NCBI GenBank assembly: GCA_964016885.1
Contig: OZ024741.1
Coordinates: forward strand, 263,314,001-263,378,000
Source of the DNA: Eledone cirrhosa
Lineage: Eukaryota
Length of the DNA stretch: 64,000 bases
Reading direction: 5' to 3'
In this document: piece after piece, positions 1-13,700 of the stretch
How positions within the stretch are numbered: position 1 is the stretch's first letter
How the letters are laid out: the number at the start of each line of letters is the position of its first letter
The notes under the pieces: generated by a model
Database searches by the model: none
Told to the model about the DNA's origin: nothing
What the model saw: only the letters and a program-made list of their open reading frames with translations
Made by a program: the position numbers and the translations under genes

Positions 1-830
1 ATATAGTGTTTTAACCTGCTACATGATTTGGAGTGGGTGAATGTGGACTGTGTAGTGATATAGTGTTATGACCTTCACGTGATTTGGAGTGGGTGAATGT
101 GGACTGTGTAGTGATATAGTATTATGACCTGCTACATGATTTGGAGTGGGTGAATGTGGACTGTGTAGTGATATAGTGTTATGACCTACTACATGATTTG
201 GAGTGGGTGAATGTGGACTGTGTAGTGATATAGTATTATGACCTGCTACATGATTTGGAGTGGGTGAATGTGGACTGTGTAGTGATATAGTATTATGACC
301 TTCACGTGATTTGGAGTGGGTGAATGTGAACTGTGTAGTGATATAGTGTTTTGACCTGCTACATGATTTGGAGTGGGTGAATGTGGACTGTGTAGTGATA
401 TAGTGTTATGACCTTCACGTGATTTGGAGTGGGTGAATGTGGACTGTGTTATGATATAGTATTATGACCTGCTACATGATTTGGAGTGGGTGAATGTGGA
501 CTGTGTAGTGATATAGTGTTTTGACCTGCTACATGATTTGGAGTGGGTGAATGTGGACTGTGTAGTGATATAGTATTATGACCTTCACGTGATTTGGAGT
601 GGGTGAATGTGGACTGTGTAGTGATATAGTGTTATGACCTACTACATGATTTGGAGTGGGTGAATGTGGACTGTGTAGTGATATAATATTATGATCTGAC
701 ACATGATTTGGAGTGGGTGAATGTGGACTGTGTAGTGATATAGTATTATGACCTGTCACGTTATTTGAAGTGGGTGAATGTGGACTGTGTAGTGATATAG
801 TATTATGACCTGCTACATGATTTGGAGTGG
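1..830. repeat. Block paralogous to ~5400-6230 (offset 5398 bp, ~95 monomers)
   Basis: TTAACC at 11 and 5409. GTGAACTG, GTGTTATGATA, ATAATATTATGATCTGACAC and CACGTTATTTGAAG occur in the same order in both blocks. ORF ends 529 and 5927 differ by 5398. Confidence 0.85.
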
Positions 831-2179
831 GTGAATGTGGACTGTGTAGTGATATAGTGTTATGACCTACTACATGATTTGGAGTGGGTGAATGTGGACT
901 GTGTAGTGATATAGTGTTATGACCTACTACATGATTTGGAGTGGGTGAATGTGGACTGTGTAGTGATATAGTATTATGATCTGTCACATGATTTGGAGTG
1001 GGTGAATGTGGACTGTGTAGTGATATAGTATTATGACCTGCTACATGATTTGGAGTGGGTGAATGTGGACTGTGTAGTGATATAGTATTTTGACCTTCAC
1101 GTGATTTGGAGTGGGTGAATGTGGACTGTGTAGTGATATAGTGTTTTGACCTGCTACATGATTTGGAGTGGGTGAATGTGGACTGTGTAGTGATATAGTG
1201 TTATGACCTTCACGTGATTTGGAGTGGGTGAATGTGGACTGTGTAGTGATATAGTATTATGACCTGCTACATGATTTGGAGTGGGTGAATGTGGACTGTG
1301 TAGTGATATAGTGTTATGACCTGCTACATAATTTGGAGTGGGTGAATGTGGACTGTGTAGTGATATAGTATTATGACCTGACACATGATTTGGAGTGGGT
1401 GAATGTGGACTGTGTAGTGATATAGTGTTATGACCTTCACGTGATTTGGAGTGGGTGAATGTGGACTGTGTAGTGATATAGTATTATGACCTGCTACATG
1501 ATTTGGAGTGGGTGAATGTGGACTGTGTAGTGATATAGTGTTATGACCTGCTACATGATTTGGAGTTGGTGAATGTGGACTGTGTAGTGATATAGTATTA
1601 TGACCTGACACATGATTTGGAGTGGGTGAATGTGGACTGTGTAGTGATATAGTGTTATGACCTTCACGTGATTTGGAGTGGGTGAATGTGGACTGTGTAG
1701 TGATATAGTGTTATGACCTACTACATGATTTGGAGTGGGTGAATGTGGACTGTGTTAGTGATATTATATTATGACCTGCTACATGATTTCGAGTGGGTGA
1801 ATGTGGACTGTGTAGTGATATAGTGTTATGACCTACTACATGATTTGGAGTGGGTGAATGTGGACTGTGTAGTGATATAGTGTTATGACCTGCTACATGA
1901 TTTGGAGTGGGTGAATGTGGACTGTGTAGTGATATAGTGTTATGACCTGCTACATGATTTGGAGTGGGTGAATGTGGACTGTGTAGTGATATAGTATTAT
2001 GACCTGCTACATGATTTGGAGTGGGTGAATGTGGACTGTGTAGTGATATAGTATTATGACCTGCTACATGATTTGGAGTGGGTGAATGTGGACTGTGTAG
2101 TGATATAGTGTTATGACCTTCACGTGATTTGGAGTGGGTGAATGTGGACTGTGTAGTGATATAGTGTTTTGACCTGCTA

Positions 2180-5100
2180 CATGATTTGGAGTGGGTGAAT
2201 GTGGACTGTGTAGTGATATAGTATTATGACCTTCACGTGATTTGGAGTGGGTGAATGTGGACTGTGTAGTGATATAGTGTTATGACCTGCTACATGATTT
2301 GGAGTGGGTGAATGTGGACTGTGTAGTGATATAATATTATGACCTGTCACGTGATTTGGAGTGGGTGAATGTGGACTGTGTAGTGATATAGTATTATGAC
2401 CTGACACATGATTTGGAGTGGGTGAATGTGGACTGTGTAGTGATATAGTGTTATGACCTACTACATGATTTGGAGTGGGTGAATGTGAACTGTGTAGTGA
2501 TATAGTATTATGACCTGCTACATGATTTGGAGTGGGTGAATGTGGACTGTGTAGTGATATAGTGTTATGACCTACTACATGATTTGGAGTGGGTGAATGT
2601 GGACTGTGTAATCATATAGTATTATGACCTGCTACATGATTTGGAGTGGGTGAATGTGGACTGTGTAGTGATATAGTGTTATGACCTACTACATGATTTG
2701 GAGTGGGTGAATGTGGACTGTGTAGTGATATAGTGTTATGACCTACTACATGATTTGGAGTGGGTTAATGTGGACTGTGTAGTGATATAGTGTTATGACC
2801 TACTACATGATTTGGAGTGGGTGAATGTGGACTGTGTATTGATATAGTATTATGACCTCCTACATGATTTGGAGTGGGTGAATGTGGACTGTGTAGTGAT
2901 ATAGTATTATGACCTGTCACATGATTTGGAGTGGGTGAATGTGGACTGTGTAGTGATATAGTATTATGACCTGCTACATGATTTGGAGTGGGTGAATGTG
3001 GACTGTGTAGTGATATAGTGTTATGACCTACTACATGATTTGGAGTGGGTGAATGTGGACTGTGTAGTGATATAGTATTATGACCTGCAACATGATTTGG
3101 AGTGGGTGAATGTGGCCTGTGTAGTGATATAGTGTTATGACCTACTACATGATTTGGAGTGGGTGAATGTGGACTGTGTAATGATATAGTATTATGACCT
3201 TCACGTGATTTGGAGTGGATGAATGTGGACTATGTAGTGATATAGTGTTTTAACCTGCTACATGATTTGGAGTGGTTGAATGTGGACTGTGTTGTGATAT
3301 AGTGTTATGACCTTCACGTGATTTGGAGTGGGTGAATGTGGACTGTGTAGTGATATAGTATTATGACCTGCTACATGATTTGGAGTGGGTGAATGTGGAC
3401 TGTGTAGTGATATAGTGTTATGACCTACTACATGATTTGGAGTGGGTGAATGTGGACTGTGTAGTGATATAGTATTATGACCTGCTACATGATTTTGAGT
3501 GGGTGAATGTGGACTGTGTAGTGATACAGTATTATGACCTTCACGTGATTTGGAGTGGGTGAATGTGAACTGTGTAGTGATATAGTGTTTTGACCTGCTA
3601 CATGATTTGGAGTGGGTGAATGTGGACTGTGTAGTGATATAGTGTTATGACCTTCACGTGATTTGGAGTGGGTGAATGTGGACTGTGTAGTGATATAGTA
3701 TTATGACCTGCTACATGATTTGGAGTGGGTGAATGTGGACTGTGTAGTGATATAGTGTTATGACCTACTACATGATTTGGAGTGGGTGAATGTGAACTGT
3801 GTAGTGATATAGTATTATGACCTGCTACATGATTTGGAGTGGGTGAATGTGGACTGTGTAGTGATATAGTGTTTTGACCTGCTACATGATTTGGAGTGGG
3901 TGAATGTGGACTGTGTAGTGATATAGTATTATGACCTTCACGTGATTTGGAGTGGGTGAATGTGGACTCTGTAGTGATATAGTGTTATGACCTACTACAT
4001 GATTTGGAGTGGGTGAATGTGGACTGTGTAGTGATATAGTATTATGATCTGACACATGATTTGGAGTGGGTGAATGTGGACTGTGTAGTGATATAGTATT
4101 ATGACCTGTCACGTTATTTGAAGTGGGTGAATGTGGACTGTGTTATGATATAGTATTATGACCTGCTACATGATTTGGAGTGGGTGAATGTGGACTGTGT
4201 AGTGATATAGTATTATGACCTGCTACATGATTTGGAGTGGGTGAATGTGGACTGTGTAGTGATATAGTGTTTTGACCTGCTACATGATTTGGAGTGGGTG
4301 AATGTGGACTGTGTAGTGATATAGTATTATGAGCTTCACGTGATTTGGAGTGGGTGAATGTGGACTGTGTAGTGATATAGTATTATGACCTGCTACGTGA
4401 TTTGCAGTGGGTGAATGTGGACTGTGTAGTGATATAGTATTATGACCTTCACGTGATTTGGAGTGGGTGAATGTGGACTGTGTAGTGATATAGTGTTATG
4501 ACCTGCTACATGATTTGGAGTGGGTGAATGTGGACTGTGTAGTGATATAGTATTATGACCTGTCACGTGATTTGGAGTGGGTGAATGTGGACTGTGTAGT
4601 GATATAGTATTATGACCTGACACATGATTTGGAGTGGGTGAATGTGGACTGTGTAGTGATATAGTGTTATGACCTACTACATGATTTGGAGTGGGTGAAT
4701 GTGAACTGTGTAGTGATATAGTATTATGACCTGCTACATGATTTGGAGTGGGTGAATGTGGACTGTGTAGTGATATACTATTATGACCTGCTACATGATT
4801 TGGAGTGGGTGAATGTGGACTGTGTAGTGATATAGTGTTATGACCTACTACATGATTTGGAGTGGGTGAATGTGGACTGTGTAGTGATATAGTGTTATGA
4901 CCTACTACATGATTTGGAGTGGGTTAATGTGGACTGTGTAGTGATATAGTGTTATGACCTACTACATGATTTGGAGTGGGTGAATGTGGACTGTGTATTG
5001 ATATAGTATTATGACCTCCTACATGATTTGGAGTGGGTGAATGTGGACTGTGTAGTGATATAGTATTATGACCTGTCACATGATTTGGAGTGGGTGAATG

Positions 5101-6230
5101 TGGACTGTGTAGTGATATAGTATTATGACCTGCTACATGATTTGGAGTGGGTGAATGTGGACTGTGTAGTGATATAGTGTTATGACCTACAACATGATTT
5201 GGAGTGGGTGAATGTGGACTGTGTAGTGATATAGTATTATGACCTGCAACATGATTTGGAGTGGGTGAATGTGGCCTGTGTAGTGATATAGTGTTATGAC
5301 CTACTACATGATTTGGAGTGGGTGAATGTGGACTGTGTAGTGATATAGTATTATGACCTTCACGTGATTTGGAGTGGGTGAATGTGGACTGTGTAGTGAT
5401 ATAGTGTTTTAACCTGCTACATGATTTGGAGTGGGTGAATGTGGACTGTGTAGTGATATAGTGTTATGACCTTCACGTGATTTGGAGTGGGTGAATGTGG
5501 ACTGTGTAGTGATATAGTATTATGACCTGCTACATGATTTGGAGTGGGTGAATGTGGACTGTGTAGTGATATAGTGTTATGACCTACTACATGATTTGGA
5601 GTGGGTGAATGTGGACTGTGTAGTGATATAGTATTATGACCTGCTACATGATTTGGAGTGGGTGAATGTGGACTGTGTAGTGATATAGTATTATGACCTT
5701 CACGTGATTTGGAGTGGGTGAATGTGAACTGTGTAGTGATATAGTGTTTTGACCTGCTACATGATTTGGAGTGGGTGAATGTGGACTGTGTAGTGATATA
5801 GTGTTATGACCTTCACGTGATTTGGAGTGGGTGAATGTGGACTGTGTTATGATATAGTATTATGACCTGCTACATGATTTGGAGTGGGTGAATGTGGACT
5901 GTGTAGTGATATAGTGTTTTGACCTGCTACATGATTTGGAGTGGGTGAATGTGGACTGTGTAGTGATATAGTATTATGACCTTCACGTGATTTGGAGTGG
6001 GTGAATGTGGACTGTGTAGTGATATAGTGTTATGACCTACTACATGATTTGGAGTGGGTGAATGTGGACTGTGTAGTGATATAATATTATGATCTGACAC
6101 ATGATTTGGAGTGGGTGAATGTGGACTGTGTAGTGATATAGTATTATGACCTGTCACGTTATTTGAAGTGGGTGAATGTGGACTGTGTAGTGATATAGTA
6201 TTATGACCTGCTACATGATTTGGAGTGGGT
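2180..6230. repeat. Imperfect higher-order tandem duplication, period ~2159 bp (~38 monomers)
   Basis: Rare markers pair at +2159: GTATTGAT..CCTCCTAC (2836/4995), CTGCAAC..GTGGCCTG (3111/5270), TTAACC (3250/5409). The flanking ORF offsets differ (2177->4393 = 2216; 3882->5927 = 2045), showing monomer gain or loss. Confidence 0.85.
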
Positions 6231-8099
6231 GAATGTGGACTGTGTAGTGATATAGTATTATGACCTTCACGTGATTTGGAGTGGGTGAATGTGGACTGTG
6301 TAGTGATATAGTATTATGACCTTCTACATAATTTGGAGTGGGTGAATGTGGACTGTGTTAGTGATATAGTATTATGACCTGCTACATGATTTGGAGTGGG
6401 TGAATGTGGACTGTGTAGTGAGATAGTATTATGACCTGCTACATGATTTGGAGTGGGTGAATGTGGACTGTGTAGTGATATAGTGTTTTGACCTGCTACA
6501 TGATTTGGAGTGGGTGAATGTGGACTGTGTAGTGATATAGTATTATGACCTTCACGTGATTTGGAGTGGGTGAATGTGGACTGTGTAGTGAGATAGTATT
6601 ATGACCTGCTACGTGATTGCAGTGGGTGAATGTGGACTGTGTAGTGATATAGTATTATGACCTTCACGTGATTTGGAGTGGGTGAATGTGGACTGTGTAG
6701 TGATATAGTGTTATGACCTGCTACATGATTTGGAGTGGGTGAATGTGGACTGTGTAGTGATATAGTATTATGACCTGTCACGTGATTTGGAGTGGGTGAA
6801 TGTGGACTGTGTAGTGATATAGTATTATGACCTGACACATGATTTGGAGTGGGTGAATGTGGACTGTGTAGTGATATAGTATTATGACCTGTCACGTGAT
6901 TTGGAGTGGGTGAATGTGGACTGTGTAGTGATATAGTGTTATGACCTGCTACATGATTTGGAGTGGGTGAATGTGGACTGAGTAGTGATATAGTATTATG
7001 ACCTGTCACGTGATTTGGAGTGGGTGAATGTGGACTGTGTAGTGATATAGTATTATGACCTGACACATGATTTGGAGTGGGTGAATGTGGACTGTGTAGT
7101 GATATAGTATTATGACCTTCACGTGATTTGGAGTGGGTGAATGTGGACTGTGTAGTGATATAGTATTATGACCTTCTACATGATTTGGAGTGGGTGAATG
7201 TGGACTGTGTAGTGATATAGTATTATGACCTGCTACATGATTTGGAGTGGGTGAATGTGGACTGTGTAGTGATATAGTATTATGACCTGACACATGATTT
7301 GGAGTGGGTGAATGTGGACTGTGTAGTGATATAGTATTATGACCTGTCACGTTATTTGGAGTGGGTGAATGTGGACTGTGTAGTGATATAGTGTTATGAC
7401 CTACTACATGATTTGGAGTGGGTGAATGTGGACTGTGTAGTGATATAGTATTATGACCTTCACATGATTTGGAGTGGGTGAATGTGGACTGTGTAGTGAT
7501 ATAGTATTATGACCTGTCACATGATTTGGAGTGGGTGAATGTGGACTATGTAGTGATATAGTATTATGACCTGTCACATGATTTGGAGTGGGTGAATGTG
7601 GACTGTGTAGTGATATAGTATTATGACCTGCTACATGATTTGGAGTGGGTGAATGTGGACTGTGTAGTGATATAGTGTTATGACCTACTACATGATTTGG
7701 AGTGTGTGAATGTGGACTGTGTAGTGATATAGTATTATGACCTGCTACATGATTTGGAGTGGGTGAATGTGGACTGTGTAGTGATATAGTATTATGACCT
7801 GCTACATGATTTGGAGTGGGTGAATGTGGACTGTATAGTGATATAGTATTTTGACCTGCTACATGATTTGGAGTGGGTGAATGTGGACTGTGTAGTGATA
7901 TAGTGTTATGACCTACTACATGATTTGGAGTGGGTGAATGTGGACTGTGTAGTGATATAGTATTATGACCTGCTACATGATTTGGAGTGGGTTAATGTGG
8001 ACTGTGTAGTGATATAGTGTTATGACCTGCTACATGATTTGGAGTGGGTGAATGTGGACTGTGTAGTGATATAGTGTTATGACCTACTACATGATTTGG

Positions 8100-10720
8100 A
8101 GTGGGTGAATGTGGACTGTGTAGTGATATAGTGTTATGACCTACTACATGATTTGGAGTGGGTGAATGTGGACTGTGTAGTGATATAGTGTTTTGACCTG
8201 CTACATGATTTGGAGTGGGTGAATGTGGACTGTGTAGTGATATAGTATTATGACCTTCACGTGATTTGGAGTGTGTGAATGTGGACTGTGTAGTGATATA
8301 GTGTTATGACCTACTACATGATTTGGAGTGGGTGAATGTGGACTGTGTTAGTGATATTATATTATGACCTGCTACATGATTTGGAGTGGGTGAATGTGGA
8401 CTGTGTAGTGATATAGTGTTATGACCTACTACATGATTTGGAGTGGGTGAATGTGGACTGTGTAGTGATATAGTGTTATGACCTGCTACATGATTTGGAG
8501 TGGGTGAATGTGGACTGTGTAGTGATATAGTGTTATGACCTGCTACATGATTTGGAGTGGGTGAATGTGGACTGTGTAGTGATATAGTATTATGACCTGC
8601 TACATGATTTGGAGTGGGTGAATGTGGACTGTGTAGTGATATAGTATTATGACCTGCTACATGATTTGGAGTGGGTGAATGTGGACTGTGTAGTGATATA
8701 GTGTTATGACCTTCACGTGATTTGGAGTGGGTGAATGTGGACTGTGTAGTGTAATAGTGTTATGACCTACTACATGATTTGGAGTGGGTGAATGTGGACT
8801 GTGTTAAGGATATAGTATTATGACCTGCTACATGATTTGAAGTGGGTGAATGTGGACTGTGTAGTGATATAGTGTTATGACCTTCACGTGATTTGGAGTG
8901 GGTGAATGTGGACTGTGTAGTGATATAGTATTATGACCTGACACATGATTTGGAGTGGGTGAATGTGGACTGTGTAGTGATATAGTGTTATGACCTGCTA
9001 CATGATTTGGAGTGGGTGAATGTGGACTGTGTAGTGATATAGTATTATGACCTGCTACATGATTTGGAGTGGGTGAATGTGGACTGTGTAGTGATATAGT
9101 ATTATGACCTGCTACATGATTTGGAGTGGGTGAATGTGGACTGTGTAGTGATATAGTGTTTTGACCTGCTACATGATTTGGAGTGGGTGAATGTGGACTG
9201 TGTAGTGATATAGTATTATGACCTTCACGTGATTTGGAGTGGGTGAATGTGGACTGTGTAGTGATATAGTATTATGACCTGCTACGTGATTTGCAGTGGG
9301 TGAATGTGGACTGTGTAGTGATATAGTATTATGACCTTCACGTGATTTGGAGTGGGTGAATGTGGACTGTGTAGTGATATAGTGTTATGACCTACTACAT
9401 GATTTGGAGTGGGTGAATGTGGACTGTGTAGTGATATAGTGTTATGACCTACTACATGATTTGGAGTGGGTGAATGTGGACTGTGTAGTGATATAGTGTT
9501 TTGACCTGCTACATGATTTGGAGTGGGTGAATGTGGACTGTGTAGTGATATAGTATTATGACCTTCACGTGATTTGGAGTGTGTGAATGTGGACTGTGTA
9601 GTGATATAGTGTTATGACCTACTACATGATTTGGAGTGGGTGAATGTGGACTGTGTTAGTGATATTATATTATGACCTGCTACATGATTTGGAGTGGGTG
9701 AATGTGGACTGTGTAGTGATATAGTGTTATGACCTACTACATGATTTGGAGTGGGTGAATGTGGACTGTGTAGTGATATAGTGTTATGACCTGCTACATG
9801 ATTTGGAGTGGGTGAATGTGGACTGTGTAGTGATATAGTGTTATGACCTGCTACATGATTTGGAGTGGGTGAATGTGGACTGTGTAGTGATATAGTATTA
9901 TGACCTGCTACATGATTTGGAGTGGGTGAATGTGGACTGTGTAGTGATATAGTATTATGACCTGCTACATGATTTGGAGTGGGTGAATGTGGACTGTGTA
10001 GTGATATAGTGTTATGACCTTCACGTGATTTGGAGTGGGTGAATGTGGACTGTGTAGTGTAATAGTGTTATGACCTACTACATGATTTGGAGTGGGTGAA
10101 TGTGGACTGTGTTAAGGATATAGTATTATGACCTGCTACATGATTTGGAGTGGGTGAATGTGGACTGTGTAGTGATATAGTGTTATGACCTTCACGTGAT
10201 TTGGAGTGGGTGAATGTGGACTGTGTAGTGATATAGTATTATGACCTGACACATGATTTGGAGTGGGTGAATGTGGACTGTGTAGTGATATAGTGTTATG
10301 ACCTGCTACATGATTTGGAGTGGGTGAATGTGGACTGTGTAGTGATATAGTGTTATGACCTGCTACATGATTTGGAGTGGGTGAATGTGGACTGTGTAGT
10401 GATATAGTATTATGACCTGCTACATGATTAGGAGTGGGTGAATGTGGACTGTGTAGTGATATAGTATTATGACCTGCTACATGATTTGGAGTGGGTGAAT
10501 GTGGACTGTGTAGTGATATAGTGTTTTGACCTGCTACATGATTTGGAGTGGGTGAATGTGGACTGTGTAGTGATATAGTATTATGACCTTCACGTGATTT
10601 GGAGTGGGTGAATGTGGACTGTGTAGTGATATAGTATTATGACCTGCTACGTGATTTGCAGTGGGTGAATGTGGACTGTGTAGTGATATAGTATTATGAC
10701 CTTCACGTGATTTGGAGTGG
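8100..10720. repeat. Nested tandem duplication, period ~1308 bp (~23 monomers); repeated again at ~13900-16520
   Basis: The marker pair GTGTAATAG and GTTAAGGATA occurs at 8751/10059 and 14553/15861 (+1308 each), preceded in each copy by GAGTGTGTGA and GTTAGTGATATTATA. Confidence 0.9.
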
Positions 10721-13700
10721 GTGAATGTGGACTGTGTAGTGATATAGTGTTATGACCTGCTACATGATTTGGAGTGGGTGAATGTGGACTGTGTAGTGAT
10801 ATAGTATTATGACCTGTCACGTGATTTGGAGTGGGTGAATGTGGACTGTGTAGTGATATAGTATTATGACCTGACACATGATTTGGAGTGGGTGAATGTG
10901 GACTGTGTAGTGATATAGTGTTATGACCTACTACATGATTTGGAGTGGGTGAATGTGGACTGTGTAGTGATATAGTGTTATGACCTACTACATGATTTGG
11001 AGTGGGTTAATGTGGACTGTGTAGTGATATAGTATTATGACCTTCTACATAATTTGGAGTGGGTGAATGTGGACTGTGTTAGTGATATAGTATTATGACC
11101 TGCTACATGATTTGGAGTGGGTGAATGTGGACTGTGTAGTGAGATAGTATTATGACCTGCTACATGATTTGGAGTGGGTCAATGTGGACTGTGTAGTGAT
11201 ATAGTGTTTTGACCTGCTACATGATTTGGAGTGGGTGAATGTGGACTGTGTAGTGATATAGTATTATGACCTTCACGTGATTTGGAGTGGGTGAATGTGG
11301 ACTGTGTAGTGATATAGTATTATGACCTGCTACGTGATTTGCAGTGGGTGAATGTGGACTGTGTAGTGATATAGTATTATGACCTTCACGTGATTTGGAG
11401 TGGGTGAATGTGGACTGTGTAGTGATATAGTGTTATGACCTGCTACATGATTTGGAGTGGGTGAATGTGGACTGTGTAGTGATATAGTATTATGACCTGC
11501 TACGTGATTTGCAGTGGGTGAATGTGGACTGTGTAGTGATATAGTATTATGACCTTCACGTGATTTGGAGTGGGTGAATGTGGACTGTGTAGTGATATAG
11601 TGTTATGACCTGCTACATGATTTGGAGTGGGTGAATGTGGACTGTGTAGTGATATAGTATTATGACCTGTCACGTGATTTGGAGTGGGTGAATGTGGACT
11701 GTGTAGTGATATAGTATTATGACCTGTCACGTGATTTGGAGTGGGTGAATGTGGACTGTGTAGTGATATAGTATTATGACCTGACACATGATTTGGAGTG
11801 GGTGAATGTGGACTGTGTAGTGATATAGTATTGTGACCTTCACGTGATTTGGAGTGGGTGAATGTGGACTGTGTAGTGATATAGTATTATGACCTTCTAC
11901 ATGATTTGGAGTGGGTGAATGTGGACTGTGTAGTGATATAGTATTATGACCTGCTACATGATTTGGAGTGGGTGAATGTGGACTGTGTAGTGATATAGTA
12001 TTATTACCTGACACATGATTTGGAGTGGGTGAATGTGGACTGTGTAGTGATATAGTGTTATGACCTACTACATGATTTGGAGTGGGTGAATGTGGACTGT
12101 GTAGTGATATAGTGTTATGACCTACTACATGATTTGGAGTGGGTTAATGTGGACTGTGTAGTGATATAGTATTATGACCTTCTACATAATTTGGAGTGGG
12201 TGAATGTGGACTGTGTTAGTGATATAGTATTATGACCTGCTACATGATTTGGAGTGGGTGAATGTGGACTGTGTAGTGAGATAGTATTATGACCTGCTAC
12301 ATGATTTGGAGTGGGTGAATGTGGACTGTGTAGTGATATAGTGTTTTGACCTGCTACATGATTTGGAGTGGGTGAATGTGGACTGTGTAGTGATATAGTA
12401 TTATGACCTTCACGTGATTTGGAGTGGGTGAATGTGGACTGTGTAGTGATATAGTATTATGACCTGCTACGTGATTTGCAGTGGGTGAATGTGGACTGTG
12501 TACTGATATAGTATTATGACCTTCACGTGATTTGGAGTGGGTGAATGTGGACTGTGTAGTGATATAGTGTTATGACCTGCTACATGATTTGGAGTGGGTG
12601 AATGTGGACTGTGTAGTGATATAGTATTATGACCTGTCACGTGATTTGGAGTGGGTGAATGTGGACTGTGTAGTGATATAGTATTATGACCTGACACATG
12701 ATTTGGAGTGGGTGAATGTGGACTGTGTAGTGATATAGTATTAAGACCTGTCACGTGATTTGGAGTGGGTGAATGTGGACTGTGTAGTGATATAGTGTTA
12801 TGACCTGCTACATGATTTGGAGTGGGTGAATGTGGACTGTGTAGTGATATAGTATTATGACCTGTCACGTGATTTGGAGTGGGTGAATGTGGACTGTGTA
12901 GTGATATAGTATTATGACCTGACACATGATTTGGAGTGGGTGAATGTGGACTGTGTAGTGATATAGTATTATGACCTTCACGTGATTTGGAGTGGGTGAA
13001 TGTGGACTGTGTAGTGATATAGTATTATGACCTTCTACATGATTTGGAGTGGGTGAATGTGGACTGTGTAGTGATATAGTATTATGACCTGCTACATGAT
13101 TTGGAGTGGGTGAATGTGGACTGTGTAGTGATATAGTATTATGACCTGACACATGATTTGGAGTGGGTGAATGTGGACTGTGTAGTGATATAGTATTATG
13201 ACCTGTCACGTTATTTGGAGTGGGTGAATGTGGACTGTGTAGTGATATAGTGTTATGACCTACTACATGATTTGGAGTGGGTGAATGTGGACTGTGTAGT
13301 GATATAGTATTATGACCTTCACATGATTTGGAGTGGGTGAATGTGGACTGTGTAGTGATATAGTATTATGACCTGTCCCATGATTTGGAGTGGGTGAATG
13401 TGGACTATGTAGTGATATAGTATTATGACCTGTCACATGATTTGGAGTGGGTGAATGTGGACTGTGTAGTGATATAGTATTATGACCTGCTACATGATTT
13501 GGAGTGGGTGAATGTGGACTGTGTAGTGATATAGTGTTATGACCTACTACATGATTTGGAGTGTGTGAATGTGGACTGTGTAGTGATATAGTATTATGAC
13601 CTACTACATGACTTGGAGTGGGTGAATGTGGACTGTGTAGTGATATCGTATTATGACCTGCTACATGATTTGGAGTGGGTGAATGTGGACTGTATAGTGA

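Noticed and set aside
143-152. Resemblance of GGAGTGGGTG to Chi or the minisatellite core sequence
   Set aside because: Only a loose partial match, expected by chance in G/T-rich DNA.
143-159. G-quadruplex motif in GGAGTGGGTGAATGTGG
   Set aside because: There are only three G-tracts per monomer (GG, GGG, GG) and the next lies about 40 bp away, so no canonical G4 pattern.
6599-6625. Unique ORF ending (LQSRSRS) at 6599..7066
   Set aside because: Caused by a single-T loss in a homopolymer (GATTGCAG versus GATTTGCAG elsewhere). This is a private indel or sequencing error, not a distinct C-terminus.
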